Virus record (IMG/VR): IMGVR_UViG_3300042197_001007
DNA: 64,000 bases
Strand: one strand, 5' to 3'
From: a virus
Shown here: piece after piece, positions 38,001 to 48,100 of the stretch
How the letters are laid out: every line of letters starts with the position of its first letter
How positions within the stretch are numbered: position 1 is the first letter of the stretch
Translations under genes and position numbers: made by a program
Notes under the pieces: generated by a model
The model's database searches: none
What the model was told of the DNA's origin: nothing
Seen by the model: the letters and a program-made list of their open reading frames with translations, nothing else

Positions 38001-41000
38001 CTTGAAGTAAATCTGAAGGTCAGCACTCCAGTTGTGAGACGAATTTCTTCTCCTGTTGTATCATAATCAATCGTATTGACATCTCCTGTCCAAGTCGCAT
38101 TTTCTCTTGGAGGAACACCAGCAGGAACTAAAATTAAACCACTGGCATTACCATTTTCATCTGTTACAATGTCTCCATTGAACGATGAAAGAGAGTTACC
38201 AGCAGTACCAGTAAATCTTAGGTCTGGATTTACCCAACGATTTACATTTCTTCCTTCTAAGAATACATTTACTTTCGTATTTGGCTTTAATCTTCTAATT
38301 ACATATCTTACTGGAACACTACGAGTGAAGAAAGACAACGCAGTAGATACAAGGTTGCCATTAACCGATTTTGTCTGTACACCCTTTCCAACATCATTAT
38401 TCTGAGGACTAATATTTGAAGAGCTTGCTGTTGAAGCCATGGAGACCGCAGACGTTGCTTGCTGTGTATTAACTTCTCCAAGCGAATTGATTGAAGTAAA
38501 TGCTGGAGCAGTACCAACCCAATTCACAATGAATGAATTGTGTAAACTAGAGAAACTTTCTTTTGAATCATCCTTTGCCAAGAAAATGTTGAATAAACTG
38601 GTGTTCGTGTCAACTACAACTGGATCAATGGATTGATCGTACCAGTGATCAATGTTTGGAGAAATTTCTGCGTCTCCAACATATTGAATAACAACAAATG
38701 GATTTGGATTTAGTTTCTTGGAAGCAAAAGAGTTACCAAGTAATTCTAAATTGGTGTATGGTAATGTAATAACACTGCCCGACTTTTTATATCCAGCAAC
38801 AGATCTTTGATCTTCTCTGGTATTAACTTCTCTTAAAAGAATGGAATCTTCCTTGGACTGTGGACGAAGAACAGATTGCTGACTGTCAACAGCACAGCGA
38901 TAATCTAATGATGATAGATTACCAACTCTATGAGTTTCAAAGTTATCAACAAAAAATCCACTCTTAAATCTATCTAAACCAATTTCATCCTTGACCTGCA
39001 TATTGAGGGCTTGCTGCTCAAGGATACTGAGAGTTGTGTAATACTCCAGACGCTCAATACGCTTTTCAAGTTTTCCAATATCTCTCATCGTATATCTACG
39101 ATTGTCTACTGGAGTAACTCTTACATCTTTGCTTGTCTTTGTGTATGCTGGAACATAGACATAGAAGAGAGAAACAGCATCATCAACGGAATCTGGTTTT
39201 GATGGGTTGAGGGAAGAATTTCCTTCTTTGACAAAAAATTCTCCACGCTTATTCAAGAAAATGCCATCAATACGATCAAGATACTGAACCTGACTAAATG
39301 AAAATGTATAATCAATGTTTGGATCTGGAGCAGGAGTTGCCGCAATCACAGAACCAGATCCAGAGAACTGTCCAGATGTAATCTCTAATGACGAGACATC
39401 TTGGTAACCAGCAATAATAGCATTGTTATCTACTTTTGGTCTAAAATCTAAAACGTTTTTTAATTCAAGATTTCCGTGAACAGACGAATTGAATGCTGGT
39501 ATTTCGTCCTCACCAACTCCAGCTTCATGTAGGTAACTGTCAATTGTACAGAAGTCTCCCTGAGAATGCTCAAAGTAATCAAATGCGATTAAGATTTGAC
39601 CCGAAGTTGGTTCAAATCCTGGTTTTAAAACAATTCTAGAAACATCATAGATCGTGTCTCTTTGACCATCATCAAATGTAAATCTTGATGTAACATCAGT
39701 TCCAGAGATAAGATTACCAGCACTGTCCACGTCAGGTGGTTGAGTGCTAGTTCCCTCATAAACGTATCTTAATTTAAATGCGTCAGAGTAAGAAAGAACT
39801 TCAACAACTTCATTGTCATAATCAGTACCTCTAAATGGAAGAACTCTATCTCCAGAAGAGTTCACCACAATTCTCTTATTTCTAACCACAGTCTTTAATC
39901 TTGGTTTAGCATTGCTTACTTCAAGAGTTGCGGTTAGTTTTAACTTTGGAAACGTTCCATTTGAAGGAATTGTTCCAAAATATGTCGAAGGAAGATTTAA
40001 ACTAATACTTCCAGAAGTTAAACCGCTTGCTGTATCAGTTGAAGATGAAATTTCAATCGCATCTGGATCAATGTAAATAATATCCCCGTTTTGAATATTT
40101 GGAGCATCACCTCTATTCAAAACAGTGATGATGAAATTACTTTCAGTGAATGCTGAAAATCTTTGTGTTCCGAAAGGCAATTGAGCAGCAAATGTAATTG
40201 TTCCACCACTAGCAGAAGCGGTAGTAACAAAATCTCTTCTGAAATAATATTTGATTTTTGTGTCGTCCCCACCAGCAGAAATTTTTTCTACTTGCTTGCT
40301 TCCGGTTGGGAATAGTAAAGTTCCGGAATTTGGGTTTTGTAGTTTTGGTCTCAAACGTACAATACTGGTATTGCTAACATCTCCAGGAAGAACAGTATCT
40401 AGATAAACCCTTGTCTTAGAAGATCCAGATGGTTTTGTTGCGTATTGAACAATTGCTCTAACCAGATTATTATCTACATCAGAGAATTGAACCATATCTC
40501 CCTGTACTAACAGTGAGCTAGCATCAGCACTAAAACTGGTTGATTCGATGAAATCATAACCCTGCGAACCAAAGAATGTAAAATCAGTTACAGATTTAAT
40601 TTCTGAAAAATCTTGATCATCAATTAGGACATCGGCACTAAATGCGTTTGCGTTTCCGGATCCATATCTACAACCAATTGATTTAACATTCTGTGGAGTG
40701 TATGTAACAACAGCGTCTCTGAATAAGACAGGGACAATTGCTGCGCCAGCATTTGGAGGTGTTGCTCCATCTGGATTTTTTACACTTACTGCTGGTGGTT
40801 GAGAATATTCAACATTAAGGGCACTTCTATTATTAATAATAGCTTTGTATACTTTTCCATCACCAGTCAAAGATAATTGTACTTTGGATGAATCAAATTC
40901 TAAACCATTAATAATGATTGTTGCTCCAGCAGAATAACCGAGACCTCTATTCTGAATAATAAAATGAGAAATGGTATTTTCCCTGGCAATCTTGATTGTG

Positions 41001-43177
41001 TTGCCAGATTCATCCCTAATCGTTTCTCCTGGTAAAAATCTTCCTGATAGTGTCTTTACAAACAGGAGATTACTTGTAGTGTATACACCAGACGCAGTGC
41101 CCTCTACAACGCCATATGCGCCGCTAGTAAGACCGAACACGTACTTTCCTTCATCAAAAGCGTCGGCGCCTGTTATAACCGATTCTAAAGTAATCTTCGT
41201 AAAGAATTGGGGATCAAAGTAAGAAAATCCAAAAATAGAATTGTAAGCAGAAGATCCTCTAGAAAGACGACCTTTTGATAAAATGATATCAGAATCTGAG
41301 TTAAATCCAGGTCCTCTTTTCTGTAGATAAAAATTACTTGGTTTTACTTTGCCAACGACTGGGGTAATGGTTTGGCGATAATCAACAATAAATCCAAATT
41401 CATTGTCATCACTTTGAGCATCATTCTCTGACAAGAATAATCTTCTTCTAAATTCACTATCTCCATTATCATATTCTAGAAGCAATAACTCTAATTCATC
41501 CTTTGGACCAACAACAGTAAGTTCCAAGAATTGAACCGATACGGATGGATTGATCAGTGGCTTATTAACAGTTGCGTATGATAGAGAAGTAAATCTTCCA
41601 ACAGATGTTGGCGATCCTACATCGCTTCTTGACTTGATATAATACAATGTTCCGATCAAATTCTGGAAAGTGCCGTCAGTGATGGAACCAATTAATGTGG
41701 TTGTGCTACTTACCTGAATAGTAATCGTTTTGATAGCATCATTAGAATTAAAAATCAGTCCTCTTCTATTGAGAGTTTGTCTGTGATCTGATGGAAGTTC
41801 TGTATTGTTTAATCCAATAGATCCATCATTAAAACTGGAGTATAGAAATACATCTGGGTATGCTGTAAGATCTGCCCCCTCTTTGTTTAATGGGACGCTA
41901 CCAAATACGTTAGTAACACTAAAGGTTGGCAAACCCTTTGATTTTAATGTTACGTTATCACTACTAAGACTTTCTCTTGCTTTGTTAATTTCAAGATATT
42001 TTGTTTCTTTATTGACGATTTCGTATCCCTTGATATATGCTTTACCAGGACCAATACTAGCAATCATCTTGCGCGAAGCTTCGCCAGAGGTAATTCCATT
42101 GAACAACCCAAACTCATCAGCAGAGTATATACCTCTGTTACCATCTTTTTGAGCATACTCTCGGACATCAATGGAGAAATTATCTACAACATAATCTCCA
42201 CTTTCATCAAAGGTTCTTCTTGCTAGTGTTTCTTCTAGAAGATTGTAATCAGTTGGTGATACTTTCTTTTGAATAACTCCTCTTGAAACAGTTAGGAGTT
42301 GAATAAAGTTTTTATCTGTAATTGCGTTTAGATCAAACTCTTTTAGTGAAAGAGAAATTTTTAATCTGTGTGCGCCAGGAGCAGTATAATTTGAAGATCC
42401 AATCGCATTATCATATAAAGAATTATCTTCTTCTGGAGTTACAATTTGCTCATTAATGACAAAACCAACCTTAGCGGATGGTTTATCATAATACTCTTCA
42501 ATTACAAGAAGATCAGCATCATTCCTTACAAAATATCCATTAACAAAATAAATTCCTTCTTCTACCTTTACAGCAGAAGCATATCCCATTGCTGGACTTT
42601 CTAAAGAAGTAATTTCTCCAGTGTCTGGATTTGTAACACTAATGCTTGTTGGAAGAACGCTACCATCGGTTCCAACGACCAGCAGGGGAGTGTTAACACC
42701 ATCAACGACTTCTAGTGTCTCACCCTGCCTAAAAGTCTCTTCTGTGGTTGAATTACCACTTGTTAAGTAATTTACAAAAATAGTATCAGCAGAAAATTCT
42801 GTTGCTTCTTTGGTTGCTAGAATTGTTCCAATAACACCAGAAGTTAAACCAATCAGTTGTTGTCCAACTAGTTGTGAAATATCATATTTTTTGTAAACAA
42901 TATCGTTTCCTTCGCTTACTGCTACTTCAGAAACAGATGATAGTTTAACGTAGTCTAATTTTGTGTTAAGACCAACCTCACCGGGGATAACCATTTCTCC
43001 TTGCTTGAAAGCATATTTTCCAAAGCTTTCAATTTGATTTTGGAGAGTTGATTGTAATTGTGTTAATTCCCTGCCTTGAATAGAGTAACCAGGACGAAAG
43101 AGAATCTTGTAAAAATTCTTTTTCTCATCAAAGTCCTCGTAGTAAGGATTTACGTTAAGGTTGGTCTTCTGTGGCAT
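35081..43177 (-). CDS. giant virion structural protein (DUF4815-like)
   Basis: NLNVNPYYEDFD, ILFRPGYSIQGRELTQLQS, RRYTMRDIGKLEKRIERLEYYT, RFKSGFFVDNF. Confidence 0.85.
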   Translation of the reverse strand: MPQKTNLNVNPYYEDFDEKKNFYKILFRPGYSIQGRELTQLQSTLQNQIESFGKYAFKQGEMVIPGEVGLNTKLDYVKLSSVSEVAVSEGNDIVYKKYDISQLVGQQLIGLTSGVIGTILATKEATEFSADTIFVNYLTSGNSTTEETFRQGETLEVVDGVNTPLLVVGTDGSVLPTSISVTNPDTGEITSLESPAMGYASAVKVEEGIYFVNGYFVRNDADLLVIEEYYDKPSAKVGFVINEQIVTPEEDNSLYDNAIGSSNYTAPGAHRLKISLSLKEFDLNAITDKNFIQLLTVSRGVIQKKVSPTDYNLLEETLARRTFDESGDYVVDNFSIDVREYAQKDGNRGIYSADEFGLFNGITSGEASRKMIASIGPGKAYIKGYEIVNKETKYLEINKARESLSSDNVTLKSKGLPTFSVTNVFGSVPLNKEGADLTAYPDVFLYSSFNDGSIGLNNTELPSDHRQTLNRRGLIFNSNDAIKTITIQVSSTTTLIGSITDGTFQNLIGTLYYIKSRSDVGSPTSVGRFTSLSYATVNKPLINPSVSVQFLELTVVGPKDELELLLLEYDNGDSEFRRRLFLSENDAQSDDNEFGFIVDYRQTITPVVGKVKPSNFYLQKRGPGFNSDSDIILSKGRLSRGSSAYNSIFGFSYFDPQFFTKITLESVITGADAFDEGKYVFGLTSGAYGVVEGTASGVYTTSNLLFVKTLSGRFLPGETIRDESGNTIKIARENTISHFIIQNRGLGYSAGATIIINGLEFDSSKVQLSLTGDGKVYKAIINNRSALNVEYSQPPAVSVKNPDGATPPNAGAAIVPVLFRDAVVTYTPQNVKSIGCRYGSGNANAFSADVLIDDQDFSEIKSVTDFTFFGSQGYDFIESTSFSADASSLLVQGDMVQFSDVDNNLVRAIVQYATKPSGSSKTRVYLDTVLPGDVSNTSIVRLRPKLQNPNSGTLLFPTGSKQVEKISAGGDDTKIKYYFRRDFVTTASASGGTITFAAQLPFGTQRFSAFTESNFIITVLNRGDAPNIQNGDIIYIDPDAIEISSSTDTASGLTSGSISLNLPSTYFGTIPSNGTFPKLKLTATLEVSNAKPRLKTVVRNKRIVVNSSGDRVLPFRGTDYDNEVVEVLSYSDAFKLRYVYEGTSTQPPDVDSAGNLISGTDVTSRFTFDDGQRDTIYDVSRIVLKPGFEPTSGQILIAFDYFEHSQGDFCTIDSYLHEAGVGEDEIPAFNSSVHGNLELKNVLDFRPKVDNNAIIAGYQDVSSLEITSGQFSGSGSVIAATPAPDPNIDYTFSFSQVQYLDRIDGIFLNKRGEFFVKEGNSSLNPSKPDSVDDAVSLFYVYVPAYTKTSKDVRVTPVDNRRYTMRDIGKLEKRIERLEYYTTLSILEQQALNMQVKDEIGLDRFKSGFFVDNFETHRVGNLSSLDYRCAVDSQQSVLRPQSKEDSILLREVNTREDQRSVAGYKKSGSVITLPYTNLELLGNSFASKKLNPNPFVVIQYVGDAEISPNIDHWYDQSIDPVVVDTNTSLFNIFLAKDDSKESFSSLHNSFIVNWVGTAPAFTSINSLGEVNTQQATSAVSMASTASSSNISPQNNDVGKGVQTKSVNGNLVSTALSFFTRSVPVRYVIRRLKPNTKVNVFLEGRNVNRWVNPDLRFTGTAGNSLSSFNGDIVTDENGNASGLILVPAGVPPRENATWTGDVNTIDYDTTGEEIRLTTGVLTFRFTSSGSDAPKDTVDTYAEVKYYATGLLPENPASIVSTRPSYFKSNEGVQVIDSNTDNPLRPNPLAQTFKIENYDGGLFTTGLDLFFSKKSSNIPVKVYLTDVVSGKPGKNVIPGSEKVLNPNTFLKCYANGNVSVTQGELVTGASSSASGPILKIIDKNGVELTASTSGRYSLTNEQVYTVVLGNHNGKSFKQNEDLIIPSVTLANATDGTDLKLTIAKDSGKLSDIRIKNPGQNYSSAILTIESPQLPGGSVATARIEVSNGKIYNAEISLFGFGYTDPPSVVVKGVGNGAGGCEIETFIEIDTPAVVMGVATDTVGVTNSTIPTRFDFEYPVYLQNDTEYALVVETDSVDYELWASRLGEIDISTSTVITTQPSLGSVYRSQNIDNWTEDIFEDLKFKLYRAEFNISRPAELLLTNRNLGYELLGSNPFETNASANTNATSKLFKNNNSIIKVNHRDNGFEGFGDSYVFYRSAEEVAGITSDILNTTLFQVSNSGIDSYNIRSISKASGNAIGGGSNVYATYNRKYEILYPQIHYLTITGTKLDTFVKTTDIIPVDSSTTNYTSYSQTDYEKTFLNEPHYFTNQKVIVSQINETLNSVDRSLTYKMTLSSTRSYLSPVIDLSSACVKTVSNRVEAASGKEDRYGRRDQIIEFYPVYRFELSGNAGTQIQSNQTITGETTKATGTIAKVSGNNVWVRVKTSQFFQRGEGVTLGNQLSLTNVVIDSNPSQILVSIADASTIIARNPSVILQTYDNIITGKTVLWNNKTQELIVRVDVHPILDDFFGRIIDNAAFNRNADVADQISDIFRVGDFIKYPNQANDEASFLEVKSITYTNGIDYVSDNTSKNSSAVAKYVTKEISINNPATSIDVRLTANVKDVKNIQVLYRYKKASSQENFDDIDWVYFNTDGEPDTLEIASSENSISGTTEKQSSYQEFKYSVSNLPEYSSFAIKIVMKSVDPAYVPKIQDIRAVASF

Positions 43178-43235
43178 TGTACCTCGCCAATAATACTAGC
43201 ATTCTCGTTGAAGTATTTAGCGAAGTTTTGAAAGA

Positions 43236-45062
43236 TCAGAACTCAATTACGAGTTTGATATCTTCAATTTGGTCAGGTGCGCGAGTGATGAGACGACGGT
43301 TCTCAATATAGATTACTTCACCTGAATTATTCTTAACTTCTGGATTTGCCAATCCATTGCTAAACGTAGAACCAAGGAGAGAAGAACTATATGAAGTATT
43401 TACAGTTCCAGAAGCACTAGACAACTGACCAGTGATTGCGTTAGCTCCATTGCTCTCAAATGCTCTCACAACACCAGAATCGGTGTGAGCATCGTTTGTT
43501 TGAATGTACTTAAGAACACCCGCAGTCGTTGAACCAGAATCAAGGGTCCAAGAAACGACAGTACCATAAGCAGTACCACCAGTTACAGTTTGTTGAATTC
43601 TTTCGTCAGGAATATAATCGGCAGTAGCTCCACTGATCTTAACTGCTCTTAGACCAGAGAGGGTATCCGCTGTAGAGAAAGTTGTTGTTCCAAAGTTTTG
43701 TGGATCCTTAAGAATACCAATTCTACGGAAATCGTTATCAACTGGGAAGTCACCAGAACCTTCAGCATAAGTTAGACGAATGTTCGTCATAACTCTCTTA
43801 GCATTGAGTTCTTCCTCATGGTCACTGCCATGACCACCAAGAGGAGGAAGAATTGCCTCAATAGCACCCTTCCAACCGCTTGACGTGGCAACAGCAGTTG
43901 TCAAACCAACATTGCTGAATAGGTTTCCGTTCCCAAGAAGAACATTGGCATAAGTGTATCCAGATCCTCTTGCTTCAATTTCTGCTGAGGTAATAGTACC
44001 GCTTCCATTTGTTACAAACTTAACAATACCACCTGTTCCATCACCTTTAATTGATGTGTAGAGGGTTTGTGAAGCAGGAAGACCAGATCCAGCATCTTCA
44101 ATAGTTACTACATCAATTGCTCCGTCAACTGCTGCTGCTACCACTGCTTGGCGCGAAGAGTTTGATGGAAGAACAATTGGCATAAAATCCGATGAAAGGA
44201 ATCTTAGAACATCATCGGTGGGCATTGTATACATATACTTCCAGATGTATCCTGCGCCTGTTGTTTCCTTGTAAAGACCGGTTCCTGCGGTATAGTTAGC
44301 ACCAGTAGTGATTGGTTCTTCTGTTGCGTTTTGTCCGCTGGCATTTGCTGGATTTTCTCCGTTATAAAGGCACTTAAATACTTCATATGCGGAATTCATT
44401 ACATAGAATTTCGCATCTGCGATTGATGTTGCGCCAGTTGCGGTTGTTTTGCCGATCTGACCACCGCCACCTGGAGTAGCAGAGTAGTCTGGCTTCCACA
44501 TATCAAACTTGGGGTTAGCAACCAAGTCCCAATTGTAACGACGAACTACTGCTCTTGCGAAAGCATCTGTGACACGCTTCGCAGCAATAATTTCATCATA
44601 AATGGCAATTTTCTCTGCCTGGTTGTCTAAAGGAAGTGGTGGCACATCTTCTGTAGCATAACGATATACACCAGTCTTTGCTGTTGCGTTGGTGACAATC
44701 GTTGCTCCGTTGTCAGCAGTGGCAGTAATTGTGCTTCCAAGTGCTGGAACTGAATTAACTCCGCTTGTTCCAAACACGTCGGTTAACAAGATAGCAGAGT
44801 CATAAACAGCTGCGATTGTCGCTTTAAACGCAGAAGCAGCATATTGACCAGCAGTTGTTCCAACAAATACTTTGTGTCCAACTGTAAAATTAACTGTGCC
44901 TTTAGAATAGATCTCTAAGTATGCTCTCCAAGGTTGAGGGCGACCAACAAAGAAATACATTCTAGTACGCTCGGAACCAGTGTCCGTAGCACCTTCAGTT
45001 AGCGATTCTAAGAATTGCTTCGCGTTAAAAATTCTAAATTTATCAGAGATAATAGCAGCCAT
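43236..45062 (-). CDS. gp8: baseplate wedge subunit
   Basis: MAAIISDKFRIFNAKQF, GYIWKYMYT, DFPVDNDFRRIGILKDP, EDIKLVIEF. Confidence 0.9.
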   Translation of the reverse strand: MAAIISDKFRIFNAKQFLESLTEGATDTGSERTRMYFFVGRPQPWRAYLEIYSKGTVNFTVGHKVFVGTTAGQYAASAFKATIAAVYDSAILLTDVFGTSGVNSVPALGSTITATADNGATIVTNATAKTGVYRYATEDVPPLPLDNQAEKIAIYDEIIAAKRVTDAFARAVVRRYNWDLVANPKFDMWKPDYSATPGGGGQIGKTTATGATSIADAKFYVMNSAYEVFKCLYNGENPANASGQNATEEPITTGANYTAGTGLYKETTGAGYIWKYMYTMPTDDVLRFLSSDFMPIVLPSNSSRQAVVAAAVDGAIDVVTIEDAGSGLPASQTLYTSIKGDGTGGIVKFVTNGSGTITSAEIEARGSGYTYANVLLGNGNLFSNVGLTTAVATSSGWKGAIEAILPPLGGHGSDHEEELNAKRVMTNIRLTYAEGSGDFPVDNDFRRIGILKDPQNFGTTTFSTADTLSGLRAVKISGATADYIPDERIQQTVTGGTAYGTVVSWTLDSGSTTAGVLKYIQTNDAHTDSGVVRAFESNGANAITGQLSSASGTVNTSYSSSLLGSTFSNGLANPEVKNNSGEVIYIENRRLITRAPDQIEDIKLVIEF

Positions 45063-45096
45063 TGGTTTTTCGTTCCGACGTGATTTGTGCCAAAGT

Positions 45097-45104
45097 TATT
45101 TATA
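45097..45104 (-). promoter_or_regulatory. perfect T4 late promoter TATAAATA (in a cluster of three TAAATA) upstream of gp8
   Basis: Exact consensus match. Confidence 0.8.
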
Positions 45105-45117
45105 TTTATGTGTTTAT

Positions 45118-48100
45118 TTATGTTATTTGGAATGGAATGATTGTCGTTCCAGTATTTGAAACAGCAGCATCTCCAACAACAGATATTGATAGGTTATTTG
45201 AACTTCTATCTCTTATTGAATTTCCTTGACATGTTAGTAAAGATGTTCCAGAAATATTTGTTATTTGAGATGGAACAGTAAAGTTTGTACCAGCGTATAA
45301 AGAAGTTCCTTTTACAACACGCAAACTGTTAATTCTGCCGGAAATAGGGGAACCAGCAGTCCAAGAAGCTCCAATTCTAAATGGTTTAGAAGCATAATTG
45401 TTGGCATCGGTGTATGTTGATGCTGTAGTTACAGTTCCATTAATAGCAACTCTTGTAGTTCCAGAAGATCTGTATATAGCAACATGATTGAATTGAGATG
45501 TGCTACACGTATTTGAAGATGTAATTCTGTAAGACCCATTAACAAACACTCTGATATTTCCGGTAGAATTCATTTCAACATAAATTGAAACATCTGTTGA
45601 TGCGGTTCTTTGATCTATCAAAACTTGTGTTCCACTGAGAGCATTTGGTCTCCAATAGAACTCTATAGTAAAGTCTCCAGTTCCATAATTGAAAGCACTA
45701 TTTGAAGCGATATTTAAGTAATCTCCGGTTCCATCAAAGATCACAGAATTTCCTAATAATGCTGTTGATCCTCTTACGAAAGTACATCCAGTAAATGATG
45801 TAGATGTTTTTCCAGTATATTGAATTAAACCACCATTTTCTGTATATAAGTATCCACTCGTTGGGAAGAATGTGGTTGTTGGGACCTCAATAGTAGATGC
45901 TATAGATCCAGTTGAGAATGGAACTGCTACTGGATTTTGAATAGATGGTGGAAGAAGATTGAAGTAATCTCCTGATAATGTGTAGCTGGAATTTGCTCTA
46001 TCTACAAAGTCTTGTAAAGTTAAAGATGGATAGTAGGTGTCTAGTTCTTGGATGGAAATTCCAGAAACTCTCGCATATCCATCATCGAATATTCCAGAAA
46101 AATGACTAATTCTGTGACCAACATTAGTTTTTTCATATGTTCCAATATAGTTTGTGCCACTACCAAATAAAACATTTCTTATTAAAATATCAGATAATGA
46201 TCTTCTACCAACAAAATACTGTCCATTTATATCGTCCAATTCTACAAAACCATTCGACCTTGTGAAAATCGGATCACTTAATAGAGAACTTTCTTCATAT
46301 CCATCAACTGCTCCTGTTGGGGGAGGAATAATCAATACCTCTGTTTGATTAATGTAAAGCTGCGATAATTCAGTATGAATACTTTGTATAGTGATTGACG
46401 CATTAAATTCTGTATCTACAATTGAATTGATAATACTGAATACTTGTGTTGCTACTTCAGATTGGTGTGTAGATGTGGTAGTTACTACTGAATTATAATA
46501 GACAAAAGGAGAAACAGAAATATTTACAAGTTTTTCTGAAACTAAGAATTCTGATAATTGAATTCCCTCTTTCTTTATTTCACCTCTCAATTCTGTTGCT
46601 GAATATCTTAGATCAAAACCAGATACAATATTTGTAGATCCTGCTTCAATAATTCTATTTCCACCACTAATAAAAATAGAAGATATAGATTCAATTGAAA
46701 TTTCTGGTTGTAATTCTGCTACGATACAAATAGAAGTCGTTGTTATTGAAGTTGAAGGAGTAATGATTTGGAATTGTGTTTTTCTTTCTTCAATTCCCTG
46801 TATTTCTGATGTTCCGCCCTTAACAGTTACAACTTGTGATTGCGATTCAACAACAGATACTCCACCAAATACGATAGATACTGGATCTGGAATTTGACGC
46901 AAGAATGTTCCTGCTGTCCAAGACTTAGCAATTGTATTTGATTGACCTCTTTGTACCTTAAGGAAACGATCGGTGAGTTTTCTGTAGTATCTAACAATCT
47001 CGTCACCAATTAATAGATAACCATTTGTCTTAAACTTGCTTGTATCAGCAACATAAACAATATTATCAGATACACCAAGATCAACATCAAGATACGCACC
47101 AGTAGCATAGTAATTAACGTTAGAAAGGGCATCATTAGGAATTAGATTTTCAAACGTTGTAGTAATTTGACGATTTGTAGAAATTGTCGTATTTGAAACA
47201 ATGTCCTGAATTTGGGCAATTATTAATGTTGGTTCTTCAGAAACTGTTACAATTTTTACTTCATCTAACGCGGGTTCTACTGTATCCAAGAACTCTATGT
47301 GTTCTCTACTTAAATTATCTCCAGTATTTCTAACTAGTTGAACAATAGCAGTAATTACTCTATCTGAACTTATTGGACTATCAAAGAATATAGAAGTAAA
47401 CGAATTAACACCTGAAACTTGATTTCCTAAAGCATCAACTATAGATACAATTGTTAAACTCTGAAGCTCTACAAAAGAATTAACACCAACATTAATCAAA
47501 GAAACTCCAATATCTCTTTCTGTTAATAAATCATATCCTCTAGATACAACTACTTTTGGTGCTTTTGTATATCCAGAACCACCATCAATCAGATCAACGC
47601 TGATGACCTGACCTTTGCTTACTAAAACGTTTGCTCTGGCACCGCCACCATTTCCATCAAGAGAGATGAAGTTTAATACAGGAGGAATATAATATTGATA
47701 TGCTGTTGGTTGTGTTAATGGATCATAGCTTCTTTGGTTCCACTCAAGATCAATAACTTTACCATTTTCTATTTTTGCTACAACACTAAGACCTTCGCCG
47801 CGAGTAACTCCATTGTAAGTCTCAACATCAACAGTTCCATATAAAGAATTAGAAACTTGTTGATTGCTTCTATTTTCTTTACTTGTTGTTATTCCTGGAA
47901 GTCGTTTAATTTTTCTGAATGTATCTTCACCATCAATTCTGATTAAATCATTATTTGATAAGAAGACAAATGGTTTTTTATAAGTTTTTCCTAAAACAGT
48001 GCCAGACCAGATTTGATTTAAATCCGAAAGCAATAATCTGTTGTTATCATCTTTTTCAAACACAACGGTGGCATTTGAAATAGAAATGGAAGTATTAAGA

